Below are positions 37,642 through 49,147 of a DNA stretch of 64,000 nucleotides, piece after piece. The notes beneath the pieces were generated by a model, which saw nothing but the letters and a program-made list of their open reading frames with translations, was not told the DNA's origin and did not search any database. Position 1 is the stretch's first letter; the number at the start of each line of letters is the position of its first letter. The stretch is from Amoebophrya sp. A120 (taxonomy: Eukaryota; Protista; Dinoflagellata): NCBI GenBank assembly GCA_905178155.1, contig CAJINV010000001.1, positions 13,328,635 through 13,392,634 on the forward strand, in the 5' to 3' direction. Both the position numbers and the translations under genes were made by a program.

Positions 37642-39404
37642 TTAAGAATTTTCCAAATCGCTCGGTCGATCATCCGGGTCCGCAGCTTGTCCCCGGCCGA
37701 CGAACGGTTGCCCTGGAGCCCAATCACGCCGCGCCTCCGCTTTGTCGACGTCGTCAAACAGCATGCACAGCAGTCCCTCCCCCTTCCGCTCCGCCCAGTC
37801 GCGCGCCGTCATGTCGTAGGAGGATTGGGAAATCAGGCTGTGTTCGCGCAGGTTCCGGTTTGCGCCGTGCTCAATCAACCACAAAACCGCCTGCCTGTTC
37901 CCATTCATCGCGGCCCACATCAGCGCTGTGCGCCCGTGGTCGGTTTGCGCGTCCAAATCACAGTTAAATTCGAACAACACATCCATTACGGGAGACCGGG
38001 TGTCCCGTGTTGTACCGAGAGGAACCGGCCGTACGTCTTCGCCGGAATTCATGGCGGCGTAGTGCAACGCCACGTACCCGGAGTTGTTCTTCGCATCTAC
38101 TTTCGCTCCCTTCTCCAGCAACAGACGGATGAAATCGGTGGACATGCCGTTCCGCACAGCGAGATGGAGCGGGCGCAGACCTGTTGTGTTAGAAAGACGC
38201 GGTTTCTTTTTGTTGTCCAATCATCGATCAAAATTCATTTTTTAGTACAGCCGGATAAAACCCTACAACTTCTCACGCGCAGATGTTGTTTTTTCAACAT
38301 TTTTGATACACAGAGGCTGTTTTTACCTTCCACCGGCTCCGCAAAATCCAGATCCTCCTCGGAGCACAGCTCCACATACGGCACAGCCAGCTCCTCATTC
38401 GGGCTGGAGAGCAACACTCGCATCAGTTGCCAGCCCTTGTCGCTCAAATCGGGCGTGATGTGCTTGGGACAGTCAAATGCCGCCAGCGTGCAGTCTTTCG
38501 AGCAGAACACCACGTCGCCCTTGAAACAGTCACGGTAGAGTTTCCAGAAGTTCATGGGCCGCTGCTTTAAATGCATGGCGCTTACCTCGTTGAGAAACAG
38601 CGACGCGGGTTTCAGCCGGTCGAGGTGCAGATTTGGGTCGCTCTTCTTGATGCAGTAGGGCGTGTCCGGGTTGGGGTGAAAGTGCTCCACGTCTAGAACT
38701 CGCCCCGTCTCGCCGACAACGATGTGCTTGACCTGGGGTCGGTTCTGCTGCGGGCCAAAACGACGTGGGTTGGGCCAGTAGATACATTTGTTGCAATTCA
38801 CGTACGCGCATTCGGTTTTCGCACTGGGCTCCGGTTTCACGATGCTGAAGAAGTTCCATGGGCCGGCTGGGGAATCCGGTGCTTCCTCCTCCTCCGCGGA
38901 AACTTTCTTCTTCGGCGACTGCGCCCCACTGGGCGTGGCCCCGTCGGCGCCACCGACTGTCGTGTCTTTTGTCTTTTCGTCTGGTCTTTTCTTGCGTTGC
39001 GCAGCGAGTGCGGTTTCGCGCTTGAGCTTGTTCGCGACCTTCTGGTCCTTGGGCGACAGGCCGCCGACATTCTTGGGCGAGGAAGAGGCTTTTGACGTTG
39101 AGGCAGCTAGAGTGGGGCGTTTTCCGAACACCTCAGAGGGCGAACCGGAGATTAATGAGAGATCTGGGGGAGGATCTACGGAAGGAGGGGGTGCGTCGTT
39201 CTTTTCGCCTCCACCTCCTTGCAGCTGCGAGAGAGGGTCTACATTCGTGTCGTCGGAAAAGCAGAAAGGAGCTGCGGTTCCCGCATCAGTGCCGAGTGTC
39301 TTTTGCAGAGTATCGTTTCCGCTCGGCAGCGTGTTCGATAAGCTCGTAACATTCTTCTTAGTGAGCCGTGCAAGCGGTCGGCTACTTGTTCGGCGATTGT
39401 ACAT
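37642..39404 (-). CDS. Ankyrin-repeat protein
   Basis: Intron 38181..38326 (GT-AG) joins EPVE|GLRPLHLAVRNG. Further repeats SGYVALHYAAMN and HGRTALMWAAMNG. Confidence 0.85.
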
Positions 39405-39824
39405 TTTTGGATTCGTCTAGCCCAAGCTTCTGCGACAAAGCTTACTTCTCCTTTACATCACCGCTTGGTTTCAGTGGTACAAGGGCGCGGACGTCATCGA
39501 CTACTTGACAATCTAGACAAGTTGTGATACTATGCCTGTACTGACTCACTCACAACTCCGTGACCGGTCCTCTCAAAATTCATCTCTCTAGCATCTTTGA
39601 CTTTGTCTCGCTTTGAGCGCTCGCAAAATTCCGATACCGCTCGGCATGACAATCGAACAGTCTCATCAGAGCGTGGAGACGACACTAAAACAATAACAAA
39701 TGATTCGCATGAACATCACAGTGGCACAAAAAGCAGAATGGTGAGTGTGACAAGGCTGCGCAAGGAATAAAAGTTTCACTATAGTGTCATTCTTTGTTCA
39801 AGTCACGCTGCAATTACAACTTTC

Positions 39825-41516
39825 TCAAAATCCTTCCTCTTCTTCGTTAGTGTGATTCGACCCGCCGTGATCGTGCAATCGTGTACGCCCTCTCCTGTGC
39901 TGCCCTGGCGCCGTGACGCTGCTTTCGGGGGAAAACCCGCGCGTCTTTTTCCACAGATTCATCGCTTGCTCCAGCCGAAAAATGAACTCCCAGATGTGTT
40001 TCGCGCCCCGGTTACAGCTGCTGTAGTTTTCCACCCGCGGTCGCGCGCGCTCCCCCTGGAATTTCTTCTTGGCGCGGAGCCACCGGGTCGGACAGAGTCC
40101 GTGGCCGTCGCGCGCCCAGACGCGGTACACGTCGAGAACGGCACCGAGCTCTTCGTACTCCAACCGATCCAGATCTACATCCAACACCTGCATGAACGCC
40201 AAGTGCAGCAAGGGCGAGCAGTTAATACCGCTTCGTCCAAACACCTCGATCAGACGCACAGTGTACTTCGCCTTCGGGGGCTTTCCCTGCACCGCGTCCG
40301 ACTCCAGGTCGATTTCAATACCCCGCGCCTGCAGGTCGAGAAACTGCTCTTTCTTCTCTTTTAGCAATACTAATATCCGCGGGGCGCATTTTTCCAGTAA
40401 CTGCAAAAACGATTTTGGGAATAAGTCTGGGTCGTCGGGCGCGTGCTGGCCGCCGAAGTGGAGACGGACCAAACCATGGAGAAGGTGGTACATGTGGGTA
40501 AACTTCAAGAGCTCGACGTCGACGTCCTTCACAAACCCAGTAACGTCGGAAACGTCGAGCTTCGCCCGTGAGACGAGGCTGACGTGCCACAAAACTTCCG
40601 TTTTCTGCGTCGTCTCGAAGTCGTCCTTCATACGGACGCAAAGCGGCCAGATAGCGAGCACTCCCGGTTTGCTCTTCAACGTGGACAGTTTCAACAGTAC
40701 CCGACGAAGCGTGTCCGCGGGCCAGCGGTTTTGCTTTGCGAGAAGTGCCAAAGCGTCAAGAAACTGCTTGAACTCGTCCGATGCGCGGTTGAAATCAATG
40801 TTCTTCGTCAAATAGTGAAGCACCGCCAGCGCTTCCACGGGTCTGAGTGGGGGAGGTTTGTTGTAGTTTTCTTGTTCGTCATCTGCTGTTCGTGCAACAT
40901 CAAGGGCCGCGTTCTTCTGGCTTCTACTGCTTTCATCCCGTTTCTTGCCCTTCTCATAGCGATCCAAGAAAAGCCGTAGCGCGTCCCTAGGTTCGCGACA
41001 TTTCTCTAATGCAGCGTGCAGTTCGCATCTCCCCACGCTCACGTGCAAAGGAGACTCGATCATCGGTTGCGGTGGGCGATCCTGCAGAGCTACTTGCATG
41101 AGGTTCTTATCGGCCTTCTTCGGTGTCGGAGCTCCTGCGCGCGCCGGAGTTTGGTGTCTCTGATTTGAACCCGTTTTACCAGTCATCGTCAGAGACAGAG
41201 TCGCCCGTGTCTCTGCGGAATAAGCTGGCGGAGCGCGACCACCGACACCCGTGGCAGATTTCGCAAGCTTCTTCAATGCGTCCGTTGACGCGAACACGCC
41301 AGCGCCGTCGAGTTTTCTCGCTTTTCCCACATTGAGCCACGGCTTCGTTTGTTGCTCTTTCTGTTGTAATTGCCGCTTTTGCCTGGAGTATCGCATGTCT
41401 GCGATGGCGGAGGCGAGCTCGCGACTGCTGCAGCTTGGAGACGATCCAGTCAGCGGGGCCGGAGCAATGCCGGCATGTCTTGGACCACTTGTACGCAATA
41501 CCACTTGCAGTGCCAT
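39825..41516 (-). CDS. Hypothetical alpha-helical protein, possibly organelle-targeted
   Basis: Uninterrupted 563-aa ORF with a basic N-terminus and a Leu-rich helical body. Confidence 0.65.
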   Translation of the reverse strand: MALQVVLRTSGPRHAGIAPAPLTGSSPSCSSRELASAIADMRYSRQKRQLQQKEQQTKPWLNVGKARKLDGAGVFASTDALKKLAKSATGVGGRAPPAYSAETRATLSLTMTGKTGSNQRHQTPARAGAPTPKKADKNLMQVALQDRPPQPMIESPLHVSVGRCELHAALEKCREPRDALRLFLDRYEKGKKRDESSRSQKNAALDVARTADDEQENYNKPPPLRPVEALAVLHYLTKNIDFNRASDEFKQFLDALALLAKQNRWPADTLRRVLLKLSTLKSKPGVLAIWPLCVRMKDDFETTQKTEVLWHVSLVSRAKLDVSDVTGFVKDVDVELLKFTHMYHLLHGLVRLHFGGQHAPDDPDLFPKSFLQLLEKCAPRILVLLKEKKEQFLDLQARGIEIDLESDAVQGKPPKAKYTVRLIEVFGRSGINCSPLLHLAFMQVLDVDLDRLEYEELGAVLDVYRVWARDGHGLCPTRWLRAKKKFQGERARPRVENYSSCNRGAKHIWEFIFRLEQAMNLWKKTRGFSPESSVTAPGQHRRGRTRLHDHGGSNHTNEEEEGF

Positions 41517-41753
41517 TCTTCTACTCTTGGGCTTTCTTCAAGAAGGATTTGGTTCTTCTACCTCGCTAGGCCTAATGCTTGGAACCTCGAGGCGCCCTTC
41601 ACAAGAGAACTTCTGTGGTAGTAGAGTACCTTCAGAGAAAACGGCTTTAGTACCAACTGCCACCAAGCAACGCATTAGTAGCTACACGACGCCTCCAAAC
41701 CGCGCCAGATGAACACCATCGCAGCTTCTTTCCGCCATATAATTAGATCTTCC

Positions 41754-43109
41754 TCATCTTTTGTTGAGTCGCTGCCGCTGTGCGTTCGTCAGCTTTTCGC
41801 TCTTTCTATCATTGGTAAAGAGGGGCGACGATGGCGCTCCCACATCTCGTCTCGTACCTGGCAAAAGAACATTTTTCCAGCGTGCCACTAGCCCTCGATC
41901 GCGTGTACGGATGGAGTGCGCTCCACCATGTGAGAGAATGGTGGAACGAGAGGTGTCCGCCACAGGAGAACTCGAAACCAAACCTCCATCGGAGATGCTG
42001 GGTGGAGCTGTGTCCGCGTCATTCGCAGTTCCTTCGAATTTGTTCAAGGTCTCAAAGGCTGCTACTGGTGGTCGCGCATCACTTCTAGTACTCTTCAGCC
42101 CGTCCTGATTTGGAGGCAGCTCTCGTGGCTCGTCCGCAACAGCACCAGCCGCAAATTCGTGTGCTCGTTCACTATTCCGACGGAGCAGGCGAAACTTCCA
42201 GAGCAGGAATTTCTGCCGCACGTCTTCCCAAGTCGAAACCGCGGATTTCCGCAAGCCCCGAAGGTCAAGGAGTGGTAGCAATTCTAGCAGCATGTTGCTG
42301 GACTGGGAAAACAACAGCATGAGACACATGTGTTCCTGCGCCATGAGCCGCTTTGCGCCCACCTGCAGGGGCACGAAGGAGATCCGCAGTATTGCGTGCG
42401 CCGGCGTTACATACTTGACGAGGTTCGCAACAAACAGCCAGGAGTAGACAAAAGAAGCCGCCTCTGCCCAGTCCTTGAGTTTGGACACCAACATGCGTCG
42501 CTGAAACTCCCGCTCTTCTTCATCCTCAATCTCGGGAAGAGCAACCGTTTCCTCTGTCGATTCGTTCGCAAATTCCACATGCTCCTCATCATCGCCTTCC
42601 GGGGCCTTTTCTGCTCGTGGTCCGCCAGTCAGCATTCTCTTAAGAGATCGATAGCGCATCAAAACCTCACTCCAAACCGCCTTGCGCTGCAGCGAATAGA
42701 AAACTTTCGTCCCGATGTCAAGCAGAGTTTCCACAGGAAGCAGCGTCAGCAGCAAAAACGCAACGCGTTGCGGTTTCGTCAGGTCTAATGAATTGGGTGC
42801 GTCGACGCCTTTCATCCGTAGCGAAGGGCCTTCGTCTGTTTCGCTCGGCGGTAAGGAAAGCAATTTTCTCACGAATCGCTCCCTTGCCGCCAGCGCGCGT
42901 CCGTCCGCGTGCACCAGATTTTGCAACCGCATGCCGGGTGTGGGCTTCCCACGCCACACAGTGAGATACCAGATGATAAAGCGCACAAGCGTCAGACCCC
43001 AGGTTTCATCGATCGGAGCCCGTAGCAAGTCTTGGCAGCTCCGGAATATGATGCGGGCGATGTTGGCCTCCATCTGGAGACTGTCCAGCTGCGAGGCACG
43101 AAGCACCAT
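41754..43109 (-). CDS. PEX2: Peroxin-2-like protein (Pex2/Pex12 N-terminal domain)
   Basis: VLRASQLDSLQME and TVWRGKPTPGMRLQNL match PEX2 signatures (RVxQLD; TxGxxLQNL). No RING finger seen. Confidence 0.7.
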   Translation of the reverse strand: MVLRASQLDSLQMEANIARIIFRSCQDLLRAPIDETWGLTLVRFIIWYLTVWRGKPTPGMRLQNLVHADGRALAARERFVRKLLSLPPSETDEGPSLRMKGVDAPNSLDLTKPQRVAFLLLTLLPVETLLDIGTKVFYSLQRKAVWSEVLMRYRSLKRMLTGGPRAEKAPEGDDEEHVEFANESTEETVALPEIEDEEEREFQRRMLVSKLKDWAEAASFVYSWLFVANLVKYVTPAHAILRISFVPLQVGAKRLMAQEHMCLMLLFSQSSNMLLELLPLLDLRGLRKSAVSTWEDVRQKFLLWKFRLLRRNSERAHEFAAGAVADEPRELPPNQDGLKSTRSDARPPVAAFETLNKFEGTANDADTAPPSISDGGLVSSSPVADTSRSTILSHGGAHSIRTRDRGLVARWKNVLLPGTRRDVGAPSSPLFTNDRKSEKLTNAQRQRLNKR

Positions 43110-44349
43110 GGTTTTCAAAAAAATATTGACGTACAAATAAGTATCTTCGTTGGGGTGCTGTCCGGGTCCGAAACGATCTGCATACTAAGTGGATTTGTAG
43201 TCTTTTCGACACACTAAAACCAAGATGGAAGACACGGCGTCGACACCTGATCCAAAAAAGGATCCGAAGGACAAAAATCGCGAATCGCAAACAACTTACT
43301 AAAGTTAGTACTTACTGCTTGAGCACATGAGATCCAATGCTGCGCCGCCGGTGCTGCGTCGATCTTCCGGGAGTAAGGTCAGAAAGCCCGAACCTGTTGT
43401 ACAAAGCTGGAACAGAGGGACAGGGCGGGCGCTTAATGGCCTGCTCTAATGCCAACGAATCGGGTCTAGATGTGTTTTCTCTTTTTGCAGTTTTGTTTCG
43501 CCGCTGTCTCATGCGTCAGTTCCTTGTGCAAAAGGTCCAAATCTTTTCAGAGTCGCGATAAGGGATCTAACGCGGAGGTTTGAACTACAAAGCAAAAGAC
43601 ACAGCTCGCCGTCAGGGGAAAGAAAAAAAAGTCCGCTCAGTAAAAATACGGAGTAAAAACAGGTGCCTATTGTGACTAGAGGTACTTACATCGTGGGGTG
43701 CAGTTTCTACAGCTACAAGGGAGCCCGATTTCACTACAAGTTTTACTTGGGGTCGTTTTTACAAAGACGAAAAGATTCAGCTGAAGAAGATGGCTTTATC
43801 CTGAGCGCGTCTTCTGGTTTTGTTTTTGTTCGGGAAGGGTCAATAATAAATTCGAGTTCTGGAGGCCTTGGAAGGCAGTAAAAGTGTGGTATCATGTGAC
43901 AGTTCTGCAAGAACTAGTTTGTCATCGTTGCAATCCACAAAGCGAAATCGTATTCATAGGTGTGTGTATAGACAAGCGCACGACGCTTGTCTTGGGAATG
44001 CACAGGATAAAGTTCGAAAAGATTTGCTGCCAGGTCGTCGCAAAGACAACCCAAATCTAGTACGCAGAGCGCATCTGAAGTGCAGCTGCAGCGTAGTACT
44101 GTAGGTGTACGAAAGACGAGATGATGAAGCTTGAGAATCAACACGATTCACTGCGTCTCCTGGCATGCAGGGCAGTAAGGACATGGAATCCGTGCTGTTG
44201 TCTAGTGTCACAAAAGTTCAAATCATGTACAGGTGCATATCTTTTACCGAGTTTCGGTATGTGAATCTTCTTCCACCGGAAGTTAGTGCGTTAGCGTTGG
44301 CGCGTCACCCCATGATTAGCACTGCATTTTGTTTCTTACTCCTGGTTCG

Positions 44350-47300
44350 CTACTTTTTCGGCTTCTTCGACTTTGGCGGTGCCACCGCGATTGCCTCGTC
44401 AATAGGCGCAGACCCGGGCGCGACCTTGGTGACGCGTGCTCTTCCTGCAGCATTGAATCCGGGATTGTTGTTTCGCTGCTTCGCTGCTACATCAGCAGAC
44501 AATGCCATGCCGTTCGCTCCAAACGGATTCATGGTGTCCTGAGATGGTGGCGGGAATATGAACCCCGCAGTGCGCGTCGACGTCGCCGCGGGCGGGTACT
44601 GTGAAACGGACGCTCCGCCAGTAGCCGTTGTGCAGCTAGATATGGATTGGCTCGCATCGTCCTGGGCGGGAAAGAAGCTGCAGGAATTCGTAAATGCAAC
44701 TTCTGCTCTGGTGTTCGTGGCAAGTCTTTTTCCACTCATCAAACACCCCTGCTCGGGCTCGTGCAGCTCCAAACGGCCGCGCTTCAAGTTGTTTCCCGCG
44801 GACGATGCTGCGTTGATATTGTAATTCGGATGGCAATTGCTCACCGTTGTCGTGCGCGAAAAATCGTCGTCCTGAAAAGCCAGCCGCTGCTGCAACATGG
44901 CGGTCGTGCCGGGCTGACTGTCAACATTCTTCGCGGCCGCAGCGGTTCGTGCGGAATGGATGAAGCTAGAGGATGCGCTCGAAGTAGGAGGAGCATTCGC
45001 AGCTCTACTTGGCCACCGCGTCGCGGTACTCGGATTCGGATTCCGGGTGCAGGCGGGGGACTTGAGGTTGTTGATGTTCGCACTCGCGTTCGCAAAAGAA
45101 CCACCTGTGTTACTTTGCTGGTCTCCAAAGAGCCGTGGGTACTGCTTTTGCTTGGATGTCAACGCGTTGCCGGGATTAAGCAGCATGTTCTCTTCTGGAT
45201 TGATCATTTGAGAAGTTGAAGTTGTGCTCGCAACTACAGTATTCGACGGAAAAGAGCAACTCGCTGGATTCGGTGCGACGGTTTTGTGCAGGAGCTTCTT
45301 GGCCTGCTGTGTGCTCGAACCTCTCGGAGTGGTCGTCGCGCAAGAGCTCGCAGATGCAGCACCGTTCCGGGCAGCCTCCAAAATCTTGACTGTCGCGTGC
45401 ACTTGCTTCGCTGCAACTGATTTTTCTAGCGGGTTCCTGATGCCGCTCGGAAGTGGTACGGGCCGGTCCGCGACCAGATCCAGCATCCATTCCCTGTTGT
45501 GATTTGATTTGACAAATTTTTTGGTATCAGCACATTCTCGTCCACAAGTGCAAAAAGCTGAAAGCAGCAGTCCATCAACATTATACCGAATCTTCAATAA
45601 TCTTGCGGTGTCATGATCCAATTCACGGAGCGCCAGGTCGTAGGCTTCAAAGGCTTTCGTGTTCACGTCAACTGGGTACTCTTCCTCAACCTCGGACTGC
45701 GAGACCTGGGACGGACACTGGCTATCTTCCTCGCCAAACCTGGAAAAAAAGAAATGCGGGATGATGTCACCAACAACGACTGTTGAAACAAGTGAAACAA
45801 AACGAATTTTGGTTGACGGGTATGTGATTTGAAACTGCTCCTGGTGGAGATGATGCGACCTTTAAAGAATTCTCCTGCTCTTACCATTCGTGCTGCAGCA
45901 GCTGCTCCGCCGTCCATCGCTTCTTCGGATCGTATGCCAGGGAGTGCAGCACGATTTCGGAGATAGCCTCGACGTGATTTCCCGCGCGCGCTCGCAAGGC
46001 CCGCCACCGGTTTTCGCACCATTTTTGATTCTTCTTACTCTTCTCGATTACTTCGGGTTCGGCCTTGCAACCCTTCCCGGCGAGCCCGTAAAGCCGTGCA
46101 CGATGGTCTAGCGTACCCGCAATGGACATGGGAATCAAACTGTGCTCGTGCGAGAGCCCCACGAGTTCAAACCTAAAAATAATTGGCAGTTCCGACGACG
46201 TGCTTTGAAACTGCAGATTTTCTGCGGCGTGCATATGATATTTGTTCGACTAAAGCACTTCATTAAGTACACTCTTGTCCTCTCCTTAATGTAGTTTTAA
46301 TCAGCTACAACATGATCTTGAAGCTTCCATGATTTTCATCAGCAACATCAAGCATATTCAGTACAGCACGCATCCCAAGCCGAAGACGTCGACTTTCGCG
46401 TCGTAATCCTCGACGGCCGCAAGCATTTCCGGCGCCAGGTAGCACCGGGTACCGACCCCGCGCTTCGTGGTCATCTTGTTTACCATGCTCCGGGCCATGC
46501 CCATGTCGGCTAATACTGCTTCCCGCTTGTTCCGGTCGAAAAAAATATTTTCCCGCTTCACATCGCGATGCAGCACCTCGTGTTGGTGCATCCAATCCAA
46601 GGCGCGGAGAATTCCCGCACATATCCGGCGCACCATCGAGATTTCGTTCACTGCAAACCTGCGATCGAAGGGACAGCGAGAGATAATTGTCATGTTTGCC
46701 ACTACATTGCAAATTGGGTGGACGCAGAACCTTGTATGAAGGAGAAATTCTGCGCACTAGAAGCCTCATAGATTCTATGCGAAGAAAAAGAGAGAAAGGC
46801 CGATGCAAAATACTCGTCGAGACTGCCAGGCCGGTAGCAGGGCATTACGAGGTAGACGTAGTCGAACTTGCTCGCATCCGTCCCGAGTCTATGAAATGGA
46901 AAAACAGCTGCTTTGCGCAATGACAAGTCCGTATTACTCGTCAGTTTTGCCGTGGAATCATAATATTCCGAACTCATATGCTGTGCAGACAGCAGTAGCG
47001 GGATATCTATGTATCTTTGTGAGCTGGAAGCGCATTAAACGAGCAGCACATGCATTTTTTTCTTTCGCTGGAACTGTAACTGAGACGAACTTGTCAGGCA
47101 CAACAAGAGTGCTTTCTTCGATCCGTACTCTGTGTAGAGATGCAGAAGCGGGGAGATGTTCGGGTGTCGCAAGTACTTGAGGAAGTGAACCTTTGTTTGT
47201 TCCAGTTCCATGTATGATGACTATCTGTAAGATGACAATCATTTTTGATCACGTCAATTACTCAGTAAAATTACGGTGCGTTCCCATACCATACGCAGCA

Positions 47301-47873
47301 GAATGAACTAAAGTACCTCGCGGAGCAGCCTCAATGTGTCTTCCCAGTCGTCCGCGCTCTTCGTTATTTTTATGCGCTTGACCGCGACGCAATCGTAGGT
47401 AGCAAGCGATGGGTTTTTCCCTCCCGGAAGGACCTGGGCCCGCGCCACCGTTCCAAAGCCGCCCTCTGCAAGAAACTCGGGTTTACTCAACATGCCCTGC
47501 GGCAGCTCGAAAACCCCGTGTTTCTGCAGGTCGTACTTTTGCATTGGCTGTGGGTTCAGCGTCTTTGGGCACAACACCCCCGTCTGAACGGCCCGTTTCA
47601 CAACTTTGCGCAATGCTCCTTCGTCCAAAACATCGGAGAGCTGAGAGGAGGCTGTTTTGTTGATACAGTTTGCCGTTGGAGAAAGCAAAAACAGTTTCAT
47701 CGTCTTCAGCAGCTGAAAAACAGTTCCGCAAGGCACGATCCTGGTAGTAAGACCAGGCAAATTCGAAAGAGGCAGCTGTATCATAGCTAAAGGATTTACT
47801 TGTTACCTGGTGGCATCGGCTGGGTGCTTTGCGTGTTAGCAGGCACCCCCTGGAGTCGTGCTCCGGCGACCAT
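44350..47873 (-). CDS. CMGC/MAPK-like Ser/Thr protein kinase with a long disordered tail (multi-exon)
   Basis: LAEGGFGTV, VAVKRI, LRLLREVHFLKYLRHPNI, DYVYLVMP, HRDVKRENI, LADMGMAR, GTRCYLAPEML, DVFGLGCVL and YDPKKRWTAEQLLQHEW. GT-AG introns. Confidence 0.88.
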
Positions 47874-49147
47874 TTTCTTAGTTTTGGATGCTATAGCTTT
47901 TGACGGGTCAACTTTTGTTTTGATTTCGGTACTTTACAGGTTTATGTCTTCGCGATGCATATTTGAGGCCTCAGGAGGTCGCCGCAACACAATTTGTCAC
48001 GCGGCAATGACTGAGGTACAGACGAAGCAGCAACAGGCCGTGCGTATTGGTATTACTAACTTAATTTTGGGGATAAGAACAAAAGCAGCTCCTCAACAAA
48101 CACACTATGATTGATTCATGTGAAAGCACATAATTAATGTAGAATCGATGCCTTGTGGCGACCAGCATTCATCAAAAAAATCAGTTCACAAACTTGCGTA
48201 CTCAAGTTCAACTACACGGAAGGCACAAACAAAAGTAGTCCGTCTGTCAACAACTTGTTGCATTAAGTAGTTTGCATTTTTATCGAGGTTGCGAGTCAGC
48301 AGTTTTGAAATAAAGAAGCATCCGCTTCTTCACCTTTGCAGCCACTTTGACAAGAATCGAGACGACAACGAACAGAGGTTCAAGACGCTTATGGAACTTC
48401 CTTTCACGAAAAACACATTTTCCAACCGTTTTGTTTGTCATCTCATCACGAAGAAGTGTATAGAATGCTCCATCTGTCTACCAACACAGCAGCTGTCGTT
48501 GACAATCAGATTTTTTTCTTGCGAAAAAAAATGAACATCAAATCGCTCCTTGTTCTATTGTGGTAAGTACTATGCCAGACCTCAGAATGCGGGTGAACAT
48601 ATTTTCTTTGCTCACGGTTTCTTTGTCAATCTGCATGGCGCTTCTTCCATCACGCTTTCACGTGCTCCTTGCAAACCAACTTCGAACCAAAGAAACGAAC
48701 CACGACAACATGCACCACATACTTCATCAAAAAAGGCAAAGCAGGAGCTTGCACGAGAAAAAGCAAGACAGAAGGAAGAACTTTCCTGGATCAGTCAGAA
48801 ACTCACACGCTTTGAAGACCACATCTATGCGCTCCACATTAAGGCCAGGTGAAGGGCGAGAGCTGCATCTAATTGACACTGTTGTTTCTCGTCTTCTTGA
48901 TCTTCTTTCGCGCAGACACAAACGCGCTGACTTTCTTTGGGCTTCTCTCCTGATCTTTCAAACGGTTGCGTCAACGCCTCTGCGCGCGTACAGTAGGTAC
49001 GCGCTTTCTGTCGCACATCACAATAACAGGCTGGCTCTTGTTCATTTTTGTGCCGCCTCTACTCGCTAGGTTGCGAGGAACAATAGTTCGGCAATCACTA
49101 AATCGTATGCTTCGAGGTACAACCTCTGCACTAGATGTCTATGTCAT

